This document shows, piece by piece, positions 38,040-51,950 of a stretch of 64,000 nt of DNA. The notes beneath the pieces are model-generated. The model was not told where the DNA came from, searched no databases, and saw nothing but the letters and a program-made list of their open reading frames with translations. The stretch comes from Octopus sinensis (lineage: Eukaryota), in contig NC_043003.1 of the NCBI RefSeq assembly GCF_006345805.1, positions 93,868,001-93,932,000 of the forward strand, written 5' to 3'. Every line of letters starts with the position of its first letter. The first letter of the stretch is position 1. Position numbers and translations under genes: made by a program.

Positions 38040-39600
38040 CCATACAAATGCTGCTGTTGTTGGTGTTTGTGGTATGATCATAATGGTAGTAGTTGGTTAG
38101 TTGGCGGCTTTTCGTTCGTCCCGTGGAACATTCCTACTTTAACGTTAGATAGGCTTTTGCTTCTATTCTCTTCTTTTGACAACAAAGCTCCTTTTTACAG
38201 GCTAATTTCGACCACTTTGCACGACTAGATCTTGGTGTAGTCGGAGAGGTCTAAATCTTTGTTATCGGTGTCTTTGCTGTGATTATCGTTGCGGTAGTTG
38301 CTTCTGCTAGTTTTGCTACTTCTCTTATTACGGCAGTTGTTGTAGCTGTTGTCATTGATGATATAATTGTAGGGTATGTAAGGTGGCGAAATTTCTCACG
38401 TTTCCTTTTTGCTGTGAACAGAAGTCTCTGAGAAAGTCGATGGGATCACTTATGTTAAACCTAGTCATTCTACCTTCCGCTATAGCAAACATCTAGGAGT
38501 CATTTGGTAACTGTATTAGGATGGTAATGCCCTCGAGTTGCTTTTGGTCTGTTATTCTCGACAATTTCTCCTTGTGTAATTCGTGAATCTACAGGATGCT
38601 CGCTTTTGGTTAGGAGGGTTACAAACAACCAACAGGTATCCATTTTCAATGGGACATCTATAAAGTCCACTCTCTTCTACAATCACTGGAAATAATCTGT
38701 CTACTCTTGAGTAAAGCAGAGGAAGCGGTTCTACATCTCATCTTCAAAGAGATTCTTTACATCAACCATTTCATAGCAACTGGCGTAAGCTAAATGGGTT
38801 GTTCCAGATTGCCTCCTGTTACTTTTCTGCTCTGGCCTACACCTGCCTTTTTATGCACTGACACTTTATGCCTTTGCGTTTGTGAATTCCCACTACATTT
38901 CATCTTTGTGTGTTTTGCGTCATCTCCAGTATCGCGACCAAGGCAACTTTTCTGCTTTTACTTCGTGCGAATCTTCTGATCTATCTCAAACTTTCTCTCC
39001 GCATTTCATATTTTCCTTTATTCCTTACTACTTTTGTGAAAGAGGCCATTATGTTATTGTTGCTATTATATGCAATTCTACTTCTGACTGTTGTAGTGCT
39101 GGTAGTGCTGATGGTGCTGGTAGTGCCGATGGTATTGTGTTAAGACATAGGAAACTTACCGATGCTCTCGTTGTATAGCTTCCATCATAGTTGCTGAATG
39201 GCTTAGTGTTGTTAATATTTTTTCTCTTTTATTCACTTTCGGTGTTGTTGCTGTTGTCAGTGTCGTTTTTCCTCGTGACTAACAGAGCTGGCAAGTTATT
39301 GTCGTTACGATTAAACATAATAGAAATTCTTGTTGTTTGTCTTATTACTTTCTGCCATTGTTGCTACTACCATTACCACTTGGCATACTATATTACTGAT
39401 ATCTGTATTGTTATTATTACTAATGATTTTATTGTTGGGAATCATATTGTTGTTACGCCTCTCCAACAAAAACCAACCAGCAAAAACTACTTTCTCGTTT
39501 TGGTTTGCAAAGCTTTCAAGACAAATGACTGATTCGGCGCCTTTGCCAACGTGGCTGTCTTTCACCACTTCTTTTCATCTTGAAATATTTTCCTTCAAAA
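38040..39600 (-). mobile_element. Possible decayed L1/Tx1-like ORF1 and start of ORF2
   Basis: Strong strand asymmetry, T/N/K-rich low-complexity start, a possible decayed zinc knuckle near 38480 and an APE-start-like segment near 38130. Weak. Confidence 0.3.
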
Positions 39601-39889
39601 TGCATCGTTGTTCTCTACAACCAGCAACAGAAAACAGCAGTAATTCTTTAATTAAGGGAAGTACTAAGAGCTACTCTTTCATTCTCCAGGGATTACCTTG
39701 AACACAGTTAAGATAGAATTTCTAACTTTCGCCAGGTAAATGCGACAATATTTATTGTCAGAGCAATGAGATGCGAAAATAACAACGATGATGACGACGA
39801 TGACAACAGCATTAACAGCAGCAACAACAACGACAACAATTTATTATTATTAACAATAATAATAAATCAATATGCTAAAAAAAAAAACT

Positions 39890-40190
39890 GGCCCTCCGTC
39901 GGTTACGACGATGAGAGTTCCAGTTGATCCAATAAACAGAACAGCCTACTTGTGAAATTAACGTGCATGTGACTGAGAACTCCACAGACACGTGTACCCT
40001 TAATGTAGTTCTCAGGGAGATTCAGCTGACCCTTTAAAATACGGGTACTAATCATTGTTGTCAGCTGAGTGTACTGGAACAACGTGAAATAAAGTATCGT
40101 GCTCAAGGACACAACGCGTCGCCGAGAATTGAACTCACGACCTCGTGATCGTAAGCAGAATACCCTAACCACTAAGCCACACACCTTCAC
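39890..40190 (-). mobile_element. SINE with a different head and body but the family A type-1 tail
   Basis: GTGTGTGGCTTAGTGGTTAGG head, GTTGTGTCCTTGAGCAC body, tail ...TTAATTTCACAAGTAGGCTGTT...CATCGTCGTAACCGACGGAG. Confidence 0.8.
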
Positions 40191-42699
40191 ACTAATAAAC
40201 CAAAAGCGATAGTTAAAAAGTAACGAATCAAATCAAATATATGACGAAAGTGTAGGAGGATAACTGCAGTAGGTATAAAACTCCTTTATCATTTCCTCAT
40301 ATAATTAATGTATTACAAATATACATATAAGTCAACAATCTAATACCGCGTTTAAAGACTGAATATGGGTGCGGTTCATATAAGTACCCGACAATTTCTA
40401 TACCTTCCCACAATAAATGTTAAAGTAAAATTTGCATCATGAAAGTAAAAATTGCATCATTCAGCCGGAGAGTATGAGGTGAAGGCACACTTTAAATCTG
40501 ATGTATAAAAAGACGAAACACGAAGCGCAGAAAACTCAATATCCTCTGCAGCAAATTAAACCGGTACACGACCAAAATGAGAATATACATAAAGAACTGG
40601 ACTTCACTCTTCAAGACTCGCAAATAAACTGGTATGAGAGAATGTGATTCTACTCTTTATGCATATTTTATAGCGTCAGTCATCCCCTCCTCATCAGAAA
40701 TAAAACGAAACTACGATAATATACTCCTATAAATTTTGATGGAATATGGACTGGCAATAGATGTAACATTGAACCCCAAATGATTAGCTAACACAAATAA
40801 GTATATTCTCAAAAGCAAAAGGAACTAAAAATCGAAATAAAACAACGAAAAGAAAGAATGTAAAATAAACAACAAAATTTCTAAGTTACATCTTACATTA
40901 TGTAACATGAATGGCATTTTAGATAGGAAATTCAAAAGGCGAAAATCACAAATAAGAAAGTCTAAAGATAGAAACAATTTCATGATTAATAACAAATGAT
41001 CTCCTTATCGACTCACAATAATAAAAAAAAATAGAAAGAAAAGGAAAAAGAGGAAGATGCAAAGATGGCCAAACGTAAATATAATAAAGCAGACACAGAC
41101 ATAATTAACACCAGGGCAAACGAAATACTATATATGCAACTACGGTTACAATAGTAATTTGTTACTTTCTCATATTTGAAACATCTGGGAATATCTTCCT
41201 ATATCCTGTAAATTCATAATTGCAATAATATTGAAGAGGATAAATATACATCTAGAAAACAAATATTTTCTTCAGATAAGCAAACGTGCTACTACAGAGC
41301 CACACCAAAGACTATAGGAGAAAGAAGGGTTTGTGTATGGTATAGATGGTAGAAATTGACTGTCGTTTGACACTGTTCCCTGCGCTTTAGCCTTGAGAAA
41401 TGTAGCACCAATAATACAAAAGCACATTACATTTGTCACACGTAAATAGCAAACAATTCTGTAGACAATCTATCTCTAGTTGAAGATTATTCCAAGGAAC
41501 TCCTTCTCTCTACTGCTTTTCTGTCAGCGATAACACATATTAAATCAGGCAGAACTCAGAAACAAATGTTATTGTAGGACAATCAACCATTTTTTGTATG
41601 TAGATGAATTTCTAGTTGTTTATCATCCACAGTGTACACTAGAGACATATGGATTTACTTGAGGAGTCGACAGCTGAATCAGATAAGAAAAACAAATGCA
41701 CCAAAGTAAACTTTGCTTAAGAATCAATGCAGCAAATAACGAAACACACACATACACACACATGCACGCATACACACACACACACACACTTCGTCGCGCG
41801 CACACAGAGAATTCAAAGTAAAGCTAAGCAAGAAATATTATAAGCTAAATGCAAAAGAATAAAGAATAAAGAATAAAGTTTTAAGTCGCAACTATCAAGA
41901 TTACACAGAGAAACAATAAATAGTGGCTGTATTTAGAATACACCAAACAATATCTGATATAAAATTATTTTATTTACCAGAGGTATATAGGGGCTTATAC
42001 AACTAGGAATCTATTGTATAATACCCACAGCAGGGCTATAAAAATATCTATTAAAGAACATGAAAACTAATATAATTACAAATACTCAGAATGAGATAAA
42101 TCTGATTCCTCTGTCCAGAGAAGCTGAAAATTGTAAAGCAGAGGCTGAATTGAAGGTTGTTTGGTGAAATAAAACAACAACAGAATTTTGAAACATATTT
42201 AAAAACGAAGGTGAAATAAAGGTTAAAGAATAGTATGTAAAAGTAATGGCAAGATTCTAGATGGTCAATAATGGAAGAAAAAACTGACACGGAATAGGAT
42301 GAAAATAAGAAAAATAGCAAAATCACTCAGAACTGAAACTGAAGAATCAATGATTATTGCGCAAAATCAACGCGCTCTCTTCAGATTCTAAGAGCAATAA
42401 TGACGCAGAATAATAATGTTTCCTAAGTAGCAGTTAAAGACACTGTCGTTTGCTGCGCAATTTTAGTTGAGAAAGACTATGTCTCCGGGTGTGAGAGAAT
42501 TGGGTCTTCATACACCGGAAATTATGTTAGAAGCATGAAATATGAACAGAAAAGACGAGATCTACACATATACCTGTGTATGGATATTCCTCAATGCACA
42601 GAGATAGAAGAAATGTTGCCAAGCATTTTGACCGACGTTATTAAGATTTTGCTAGCTCACAGCCTTAAAATTGCTCCTGATTTAAGCACAAGGTTTGAG

Positions 42700-42800
42700 G
42701 ATAGGGTTAGTCGACACCATCAACTCTGGTACTTGGCCGGCACTTAACTTTATCGATCTGCGAGGGAGGTAAAGCAAAGTTAACCTAGGTGGGATAATTA
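42700..42800 (-). mobile_element. SINE family B remnant
   Basis: GTCGAC...CTGGTACTT...TTTATCGAT...AAAGTTAACCT. Confidence 0.5.
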
Positions 42801-42837
42801 GAAAGCTGCTCACAGTGCACAACGCACTCCGCCCTAA

Positions 42838-43690
42838 AAGCAATACTCACCGACTCTAAAACCAAAAAGGAGGATTACTAAATGCAGAAGACATTGTTAA
42901 TATTACGATACTGGGCATGAAAAATTATGCTGTGCAGAATAAAAAAAGAATATTATTGGCAGCCAGAGATACCCAAAAAGTGACTAAAACATCAAGAGAA
43001 TTCCAAGAGAAAAGGAAGAACAACTGAATAAATAAATGGAAATAAACCAAACTACATAGCAATTCATGCAGCAAACCGAGAGTGTTGGAAATGAAGATCG
43101 TTGGCTCTGGCTGATGGACGGGAACTTAAAACGAGAGACAGAAACGCTAATTATGGCTGCTCAGGAACAAACCCTTAGAACAAATCTGATAAAGACAAAG
43201 ATCGACAAAATTCAGTCAGACAGCCAATGTAGAATCTGCAGAGAAGGTGACGAAAGTACCAATCACCTTCTGAGTGAGTGAAGTATACTCGCAAAAAATA
43301 GTATAAGTGCAGGCAAATCTGTCTGGGCAAAAGAGTGCATTAGGATGCTAGGGGAGTGTAAGATCATATATAGCAAAGTCGATACCAAAGAAATTGGTAA
43401 AATTGAGAAATATCAGGATCTAGCCAGGAAGCTGAGGAGCCTGTGGAAGACGAAGATATCAATTACTCCTCAAGTAATTTGGCTAGCATTTTGGGTGCAC
43501 TTGGCACAGCACCCAAGCTGCTACCAAAAGACTGAAAGAGATTAGAATTGAAACTCGCATTCTCGACCTGCAGAAAAGTACCATCCTAAATTCTGCATGA
43601 ATCCTAAGGAAGATTCTTGAGATTTGAGGAGACTTGTCACCAAATATCAGGATAAAATACCTACTAACTAAATTAGCATGTACTTGCGTA
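42838..43690 (+). mobile_element. Decayed R4/Dong-type LINE 3' part with internal deletion
   Basis: WLWLMDGNLKRETETLIMAAQEQ; CRICREGDESTNHLLSE; KIEKYQDLA; LQKSTILNSA*ILRKILEI*. Confidence 0.85.
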
Positions 43691-43747
43691 ACAATGCAGC
43701 TAAGCATATTAGCCGGTATACTAACGATTCTGCCAGTCGCCTTTCTA

Positions 43748-43790
<43 letters not shown>

Positions 43791-43872
43791 GGATGATGAT
43801 GTTGATGATGATGATAATAATAATAACAACAGCAGCAGCAGCAACAACAACAATAATAAATAATAATAATAG
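43748..43872. repeat. (TGA)n/(TAA)n/(CAG)n compound microsatellite
   Basis: Directly visible. Confidence 0.95.
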
Positions 43873-43944
43873 TAAAAAGGTCTGAGGACTAATTCCACCA
43901 AGTTCCAAATAAATAAAAGTAGGATGTGTGGCAGCTGAAACGAA

Positions 43945-44560
43945 ACACTGTTACATATTGTGATTTTGGACCAAAAGCACTATAAGTTAGTCCACTAGAA
44001 GCTTTGTGAAAGGAACGGCTTGAACAGAGTACGGAAACATGAACCAAAAGAAGTCACTGAGAACAAGATACTGAAAGATTTTACAATCCAATGTGACTCC
44101 CTAATCGAGACTCGGAGACCAGATATTGTTGTGGTAGATAAAGGATAAAAGGAAACCAAGATTATAGGTATTGCAATACATGGGGATGCACGCATAAGTT
44201 GCAAAGAACTAGAAAAGATTGAAAAATACATACTACTAATAGACGAAAACGCTAGAATGTGGATCATGAGGAGAGTGTCGGTCATTCCAGTAGTTGTAGG
44301 GGCACTCGGAGCACTAATAAACAAGTTCGCGAGATACGTCGGAGAAATCGGAATTGATATGAGAGCAGAGCAAGCCCCCAAAACTGTTCTGCTGGGAACA
44401 GCTAGGGGTCTGAGATTGGTACTTGGATGTTGAATGTCTTTCACGATAGTTATCAACAAAGTATCAAAACTTATAATGTACAGAAAGAGACCCTTTGCAA
44501 CCTCTAACAACAGGCTGCTGTCTGCTCTCACAGAATCTACCAGAATAAAGAAGACCGAGC
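43945..44560 (+). mobile_element. R4/Dong-type LINE RLE-domain 3' fragment
   Basis: ILKDFTIQCDSLIETRRPDIVVVD...IIGIAI...KELEKIEKY...VIPVVVGALG...KTVLLGTARGLRLVLGC*. Confidence 0.85.
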
Positions 44561-44640
44561 ATTCTGAGAAGAAAAACGACAATACACATTTTAGTTTTAA
44601 TGTTTAATATTTGCGATATTTTTTTAAGAAGTGAAATATA

Positions 44641-45012
44641 GGCACAGGAGTGGTTCCGGGTTCCGGGTTCAGTCCCACTGCGTGGTATCTTGGGCAAGTG
44701 TCTTCTGCTATAGCCCCGGGCCGACCAATGCCTTGTGAGTGGATTTGGTAGACGGAAACTGAAAGAAGCCCGTCGTATATATGTATATATATATATGTAT
44801 GTGTGTGTTTGTGTGTCTGTGTTTGTCCCCCTAGCATTGCTTGACAACCGATGCTGGTGTGTTTACGTCCCCGTTACTTAGCGGTTCGGCAAAAGAGACC
44901 GATAGAATAAGTACTGGGCTTACAAAGAATAAGTCCCGGGGTCGATTTGCTCGACTAAAGGCAGTGCTCCAGCATGGCCGCAGTCAAAAGACTGAAACAA
45001 GTGAAAGAGTAA
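44641..45012 (+). mobile_element. SINE family C with head deletion
   Basis: GGCACAGGAGTGG|TTCCGGG...; otherwise near-identical to 54797-55200. Confidence 0.92.
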
Positions 45013-45441
45013 AGAGTATACTGGATCGCAATGAATTTATCACATGAAAACAAAGGTATTTAAAAAATTTCATGTTTTCCTTTTTAAAAGCATGGATGAC
45101 AGCCAAAGACTACTGGGAAAATACTTTCCAAAGAAAATAGACTTTGACTTGTAGATTATAAGACAGAAAAACTGAGCAACAAAAATATTATCTCTTTAAT
45201 GTATTCAAATTTAATTCTGATAAAATTTAAAAGAGAATATGCAGAAGATTACCAATGTATTTAATTGCTTTTACTGTTTGAAATAACGAACAACAATCCG
45301 ATTAGCTGTCTGATAATGTTCTTACGCCCATGAGGTGCCAGATGGAAGGATTCGGAAAGTACAGAAAGAGAAAAACTAAACAGCTTAGCAAAAGAACCAA
45401 TGGAATAGCATTTATCCAAGTCAGTAATGGAGCCTTCAGAG

Positions 45442-45587
45442 CCGGTGTGGATAACTTTTTTCAAGAAGCTGGCCGCATGAAACATGACACGTCATCGGGC
45501 CGGTCACACTCCTAATAAACTACTTGGAAATTTTTCGTTAGGTTTGCCATTTAGAAAGCCCCGCGAGCCATGGGTTGCACATGTCTG
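45442..45587. mobile_element. Probable hAT MITE, 146 bp
   Basis: Ends CCGGTGTGGATAACT and GGTTGCACATGTCTG each match 11/15 to a CAGGGGTGGGCAACY hAT-type TIR. Flanks CTTCAGAG / TTGTAGAG resemble a decayed 8-bp NTCTAGAN TSD. Confidence 0.45.
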
Positions 45588-46127
45588 TTGTAGAGGGTTA
45601 CTAAACAAGACAGTAATAATTGCTAACTCTCTACTAAATCACACTTGTTGCCCGTATTTTATGGCCATTACAACGATGAAAGACGATATCATCTTTGGGA
45701 GATTTGAACACGGAGAATGGAGGAAGGAAAGTTAATGTTTTCGTACCTGATGTTTAGAACTCAATTCTTTCTTCCGACCGCATTATTCTTGAATAAAGAA
45801 TGCCTCTCAGTTGAACTTAGAGCGTAGGCGTTTAGTTTGGCGTTCTTCTGTTTCTGAACACTTGCCAGTATTATTTAATCTTAATTCAAGATACTAAGAA
45901 TAAATAAATAGCATTTTATCATTTATTATCATTTGTCACAAATCTTCAAACCTATCAGAAGCAAAAAAATCGTTTCATACCTGTATCTTTCTAAATAACA
46001 TCAGTAGTGATAAATGGATGTTAATTAGTTTATTAAAAAATATGGCTTTCACAAACAACGTCAGAAATAAAGATTTCTTGCCGAAGTACTAGACCAGCGA
46101 CATTATTAAAATAGTTCTAACCATATA

Positions 46128-46365
46128 TATTTCTTTCCTACCTACAAGGAGCCAAACACAGAGGGGACAAACAAAACAAGAACAGACAAACGGATTAAGT
46201 CGATTACATAGACCCCAGTGCGTAACTGGTACTTAATTTATCGACCCCGAAAGGATGACAGGCAAAGTCGACCTCGGCGGAATTTGAACTCAGAACGTAA
46301 CGGCAGACGAAATACGGCTACGCATTTCGCCCGGCGTGCTAACGTTTCTGCCAGCTCGCCGCCTT
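46128..46365 (-). mobile_element. SINE family B monomer
   Basis: Complete head, body and tail X. Confidence 0.92.
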
Positions 46366-46929
46366 CTAACCATATAACACGAGAAAATTATCTTTTGTTT
46401 TCCTGCGATAAGAGATGCAATGACATGAAAGCTAGGAATCTTTTTCTTTTGCACCCGATGATCCGGCATCATGTAACGCATACATTCATTGCATGTATTA
46501 CGCATTTTTAATGGAGGAGTTTTGAGATTTTAAGAATTATATTTTATGCATATGAAGATTACATTTTTGTAAGAGAACTAAAGTATGATATGTCATTACT
46601 TACTTATTTAAGTTTCTTGTGTAAGAATATTATTGATCTTTGTTCGTCTTTTCTCAATATAATGACTTCGTTTGTGTGCGTGATGAAATACTGCAAGTAA
46701 AGTTTTTATCAATGATCTGGATAATTTTAGTTGAATAAGTAAGAATCTTAATTGTTTGTTTGCTTTAGGTTTTTTTGGCGGGGGGGGGGGGGGAGTATGT
46801 AGAATGCCAAATTTTATAGAAAAAGGAATATAACAGATATAACCACTCTCAATATAATATTTGTACATATTTTATTGATCTTCGATGGCTGAAAGAAAGA
46901 ATCGACATTTGTATGATTCAAAGTAAAGA

Positions 46930-46932
46930 TGA

Positions 46933-47028
<96 letters not shown>

Positions 47029-47030
47029 TA
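46930..47030. repeat. (TA)n microsatellite
   Basis: Directly visible. Confidence 0.95.
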
Positions 47031-48744
47031 GCATTATGTTAATCAGAGACGATACTTTAAGAATGTCGATATATTTAATCCGGAACTATTGCTTTTCTAC
47101 AAATTTATCTCTCTAGATATTACACATTTTTAAAACACTTGTACGGCTAAATATGTCCTTGGTTTGCTAACACATTAGATCGCTATTTGAATTCCTGTTA
47201 GTTCGGTACTTTCAGCTAGTTCGGTACTCCCAGTTAGTTCGGTACTTCTCTGATATTATACACAGCGTAGCTAGTAGGTGTTCAATGCATTGCGTAAGCT
47301 AGTTCCTTATGCAGCTTCATTCATAAGATAGACAAGCGTATTGCAAACCGAAGCGTAGTAAAGACCAATTCTTTGCACAATAAAATGCATTTTACAAACC
47401 GTTGTATTTCTCAAAAAAGGGTATGCCATATTCCATAGCAGTGCATTGAGATGACCAATTTATTGTATATAGTAGATAACTTATAACAAAATAATGGATT
47501 AAGAGTTTCATACACGTCTCCTAATATCGTATTTTCATGAGCTGGCTAAGTTACGGCCTACATTTCAAGCTTAACCGATGTAGCAGCCAACTCTATTAAA
47601 ACTGATTCACAGACAAATTACATGAAATCTAGCGAGCGTGTATAGCCGATTAATTTGACTCTTACTACTTAACTTGTACGTATTTTATCGATCCTGCAGG
47701 GTACATAAAGAAGTCGAAATCCGAGTCAAGGCATTTCGGTCATCATTCTGCTGCTTTTGTCAATCCAGCGCACTTCTATATAAATTCAGAACTTCCAATC
47801 TGAAAGTTTACGACAGTAGGTTCCACGATGAAGATGACTCGACAACGATAAGAACGTTTAGGAAATGCTACGATCGCAAGTCCTGGGTGGTTTTGTATGT
47901 GAAATACTTCTAGGTTTTCATTCTGTGATTTCTGGATGTATCTATGCCTAAGGAGAGTTAATTAAACAATTCAACGAAACAACAAAATACTTCTCTGCTT
48001 TCTCCTCGTCTTCGTCAACAGCAAATGCGCATCGGATACATTATTCACTATACTAGTGTTTGTTTTCAATGTAAAGGAGTATCTTCTACACAAATATCAC
48101 TTCAAGTATTAACAAAAAACTTACTCAACCTTACTCTATCCAGTAATGCAGAAAGCATGTGGGAATCTTTAGATAGCATCTTGAATGTTATAATTAATTT
48201 AGGACAAGTAAGAACAGCAGTGAGAGATATCGTCGTATAATGCCCGAGGCTCTTTTGTGGCTCTGAGCTGTAAACAAAGAAAATTAAAAGTTCAAAGTAG
48301 AGAGCTTCAAATGATAGAAGCGACGTTTTGATGCTAGTTTCCTGTTACTACCGTTGTGCAGTATCAATAACTTTGACAATTAGGAAGCCACTCTACCTAG
48401 CTATCATTAAAAATCGCAAGTGGTTGAGCTAAAGTCTGTGAACAACGGGGAAATGGTTCGGCAGCCGGTACTAAAAATCTCGATATATTCCACTAATAAA
48501 TTTGAAGAGAGTTGGGATTTATGTTATACGTGTATAATAATGAGGTTGTAAATAGTGACTTCAGCAATTCTGTAGGTTTTGTTATTTAGTAGACTTATTG
48601 TGGCTTGCTTTCAATTTAAGTATTTTGCATAACAATACAAGATTTGGTGAAATAATGCAGAAAATTTGTCAGTAGAGAGATTGGACATATCTTCTGTTAA
48701 CATTATAAATCTAAGTAAGGTTACAATCAAAATAGTTTGAAATC

Positions 48745-48875
48745 CGTCGATGTTGACTTTGCATTTCATCCTTTCGGAGTCGAAAAATTAAGTACCAATT
48801 ACGTACTGGGGTCGATCTAATTGACTGGACCCCCTCCCCAAAATTTCGGACCGTTTGCCTAGAGTAGGAAAGAAT
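48745..48875 (+). mobile_element. SINE family B body with tail Y
   Basis: GTTGACTTTGCATTTCATCCTTTCGGAGTCG...CCCCTCCCCAAAATTTCGGACC. Confidence 0.8.
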
Positions 48876-48883
48876 ATTTTAAA

Positions 48884-49281
48884 GGCGGTGAGTGGCAGAT
48901 ACGTTAGCACACCGGGCGAAATGCTTAGCGGTATTTCGTCTGCTGTTACGTTCTGAGTTCAAATTCCGCCGAGGTCGACTTTGCCTTTCATTCTTTCGGG
49001 ATCGATAAATTAAGTACCAGTTACGCACTGGGGTCGATGTAATCGACTTAATCCGTTTGTCTGTCCTTGTTTGTTCCCTCTGTGTTTGGCCCCTTGTAGG
49101 TAGTAAAAAAATAGGTATTTCGTCTGTTTTTACGTTCTCAGTTCAAATTCTCTTGAGGTGGACTTTGCCTGTCATCCTTTCGGGGTCGATAAATTAAGCA
49201 CCAGTTGTGTACTGGGGTCAATCTAATCGACAAGCTCCCTCCCCACAAATTTCGGACCTTTTGCCTATTGTAGAAAAGAAT
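48884..49281 (+). mobile_element. SINE family B dimer (head-body-tailX-body-tailY)
   Basis: Junction AAATAGGTATTTCGTCTG re-enters the body. Confidence 0.9.
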
Positions 49282-50827
49282 CTAAATAGTTTGGAACAAT
49301 CTAAGTAGATTTAAAAGTCGCTATAAACAACAGCTCATCTCATGCATAAAAGAAAATATAGAAAGTCGGAAAGAAATTGGGAAAATTAACGGAAGGAAAT
49401 TTCTAGGATGAAAAGGAGCGAATGTCATAAATGAAAATAACTACAAAAGAAGATGGGGTGAGACACAATTCTATTTTAATATAAATATCCATGAATCGTC
49501 ACCATCGTCAAAGATATTTAACTAACACTGCACCAAGTTAATCTATTCGTAAATTGGTAAAGAAATAATCCAGCAACAATATTATAAATTACAATGTTTT
49601 GTATCAGCGAGATATCCTTACTTGAATTATAGTTTGTAGTGAGATAGTCTCCCCTACAGTCACACTGTTTGAAAAACTCTTCATTTATGGTCTTGCCGCT
49701 CAATAAGGTACATATCTCAATCATAATCAAAACCAGTGTATCTTTAGTTTGAGACTGTTTTGCATTTCTTCTACACTCCTCTTAGCTGCATCCGAATTGA
49801 CATCAATTTCTAATGTAACATGTTACATTTTATATAACGTTACATTTTACATGATGTTACATTATACATAATGTTACATTACTGTTACTATTTTCTTGTT
49901 CTCCCTGAATATCTTCCATAGTTTCTCATAAAAAGATTATTAGAATGTAAAGACAAGCAAAGAGAAAAACAAACATCATTTATCATAGATACTTAACTAT
50001 TTCTAACTATTTAGAAAGCTTACTTTACTGTCACAGTTTATTTTTTTCATATTATATTCGTAGATCTTTTAATATTTCGCTTATGTAATTGAAGGAATTT
50101 TAAATCATGCTATTGAAATATTTCTCTCAGATTTCCACGCAAAGCAAATATCCATTAATATACTATGTGGTAGTAATACTATTATAATCACTATATAGCA
50201 TTTATATTATCCTGATATCGATCGCAACGTGTCTGGTGCAAACGTCAGATGGCGTATCATTGGAGAAATATACAAAAATGTTCATTTTTGATTTTGTCAA
50301 AAACCTAGAAAGATTTCTATACTTAGTTGTAGCAGGCATATCGCTGAAGTAATAGCAGAAGCAAGCAATGAGTTTTGCTATCTAAATATTAGTGTGAGAA
50401 ATTTGAATTGAAATATAAAAAATCGCATTGATAAATTATATATAACAGTTTGACTCTTCGGTTATAGTCTCTAAAACAGTTATTTAATGGTCCTTGGTTT
50501 GAATTTGCATTAAAACAATGACGTACAGAAAAATCACTGCTGTGAGATACAGAACAAATTCAGCATTTCATTATTTTAGCAATGTTTACATAATATCATA
50601 ATGAAATCTATCAAATTCCCCGGGTACATTCGAGATCTTTTTCATTAGAAGTCAATTCAATAGAAAAGAGGAAATAATGTATTTTAGACTCCTGATGGAA
50701 GAATTGTTACATTTCCATCAGAACTCTTCATCCGAATAGCAAATAATGTAGAGAAGTTGTGTGATTGAAACATTAAATATTTCTTCGGATCTCATTTACT
50801 TATCCTACATTTTCTTTATTATATATA

Positions 50828-51190
50828 GGTGGAGGCGCAATGGCCCAGTGGTTAGGGCAGCGGACTCACGGTCATAGGATCGCGGTTTCGATTCTCAGAC
50901 CGAGCGTTGTGAGTGTTTATTGAGCGAAAACACCTAAAGCTCCCGGCAGGGGATGGTGGTGATCCCTGCTGTACTCTTTCACCACAACTTTCTCTCACTC
51001 TTACTTCCTGTTTCTGTTGTACCTGTATTTCAAAGGGCCGGCCTTGTCACTCTCTGTGTTACGCTGAATACGTTAAGGGTACACGTGTCCGTGGAGTGCT
51101 CAGCCACTTACACGTTAATTTCACGAGCAGGCTGTTCCGTTGATTCGGATCAACCGGAACCCTCATCGTTGTAACCGACGGAGTGTTTAC
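50828..51190 (+). mobile_element. SINE family A, near full length
   Basis: Same head and tail as 8979. TSD-like TTATTATATATA / TTATTGTATATA (50816-27, 51191-202). Confidence 0.93.
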
Positions 51191-51309
51191 TTATTGTATA
51201 TAAACGTAAAAATCACTCTGTTTCAATCAACAAATAAGTTTATTAGCAATCCACACCCAAATAGAATATGCGGTTTTGTGGGCAATTATATGGATGAATG
51301 CGCATCCAG

Positions 51310-51523
51310 GCTCAGCGGTTGCGTAGGAAGCCGGGGACAAGGAAGAAAGGAAGAAAGAGTGAGAGAAAGTTGAGGCGAAAGAGTACAACAGGGGTCGCCG
51401 GAGCGACGTGGAGCTTTAGGTGTTTTCACTCAATAAACACACACACCGCCCGGTCTGGGAATCGAAACCGTAATCCTCCGACCGCGAGTCCGCTGACCTG
51501 ACCACTGGGCCATTGCGCCTCCA
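51310..51523 (-). mobile_element. SINE family A with a third or truncated tail
   Basis: Minus-strand GTGGAGGCGCAATGGCCCAGTGG head; convergent with the 50828 copy. Confidence 0.88.
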
Positions 51524-51610
51524 CTTGCTGTTGGTATTCATGACAGTGTCTGTGCATAAGCCGTGTCATAATTTTTCCCATGTGGACAGATCTCAAATAT
51601 TAGTGCTTGC

Positions 51611-51641
<31 letters not shown>

Positions 51642-51950
51642 TGTATGTATGTATGTATGTATGTATGTATGTATGTATGTATGTATGTATGTATGTTATG
51701 TATGTATGTATGTATGTATGTATGTATGTATGTATGTATGTATGTATGTATGTATGGTATGTATGTATGTATGTATGTATGTATGTATGTATGTATGTAT
51801 GTATGTATGTATGTATGTATGTATGTATGTATGTATGTATGTATGTATGTATGTATGTATGTATGTATGTATGTATGTATGTATGTATGTATGTATGTAT
51901 GCATGTATGCATGCATGCATGCATGCATGCATGCATGTATGTATGTATGT
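51611..51950. repeat. (ATGT)n/(ATGC)n microsatellite, about 340 bp
   Basis: Directly visible. Confidence 0.98.

Noticed and set aside
45261-45485. ORF segment KKVIHTGSEGSITDLDKCY resembling a Merlin/IS1595 transposase
   Set aside because: The matching bases are better explained as the terminus of a 146-bp hAT MITE, and no other transposase motifs are present.
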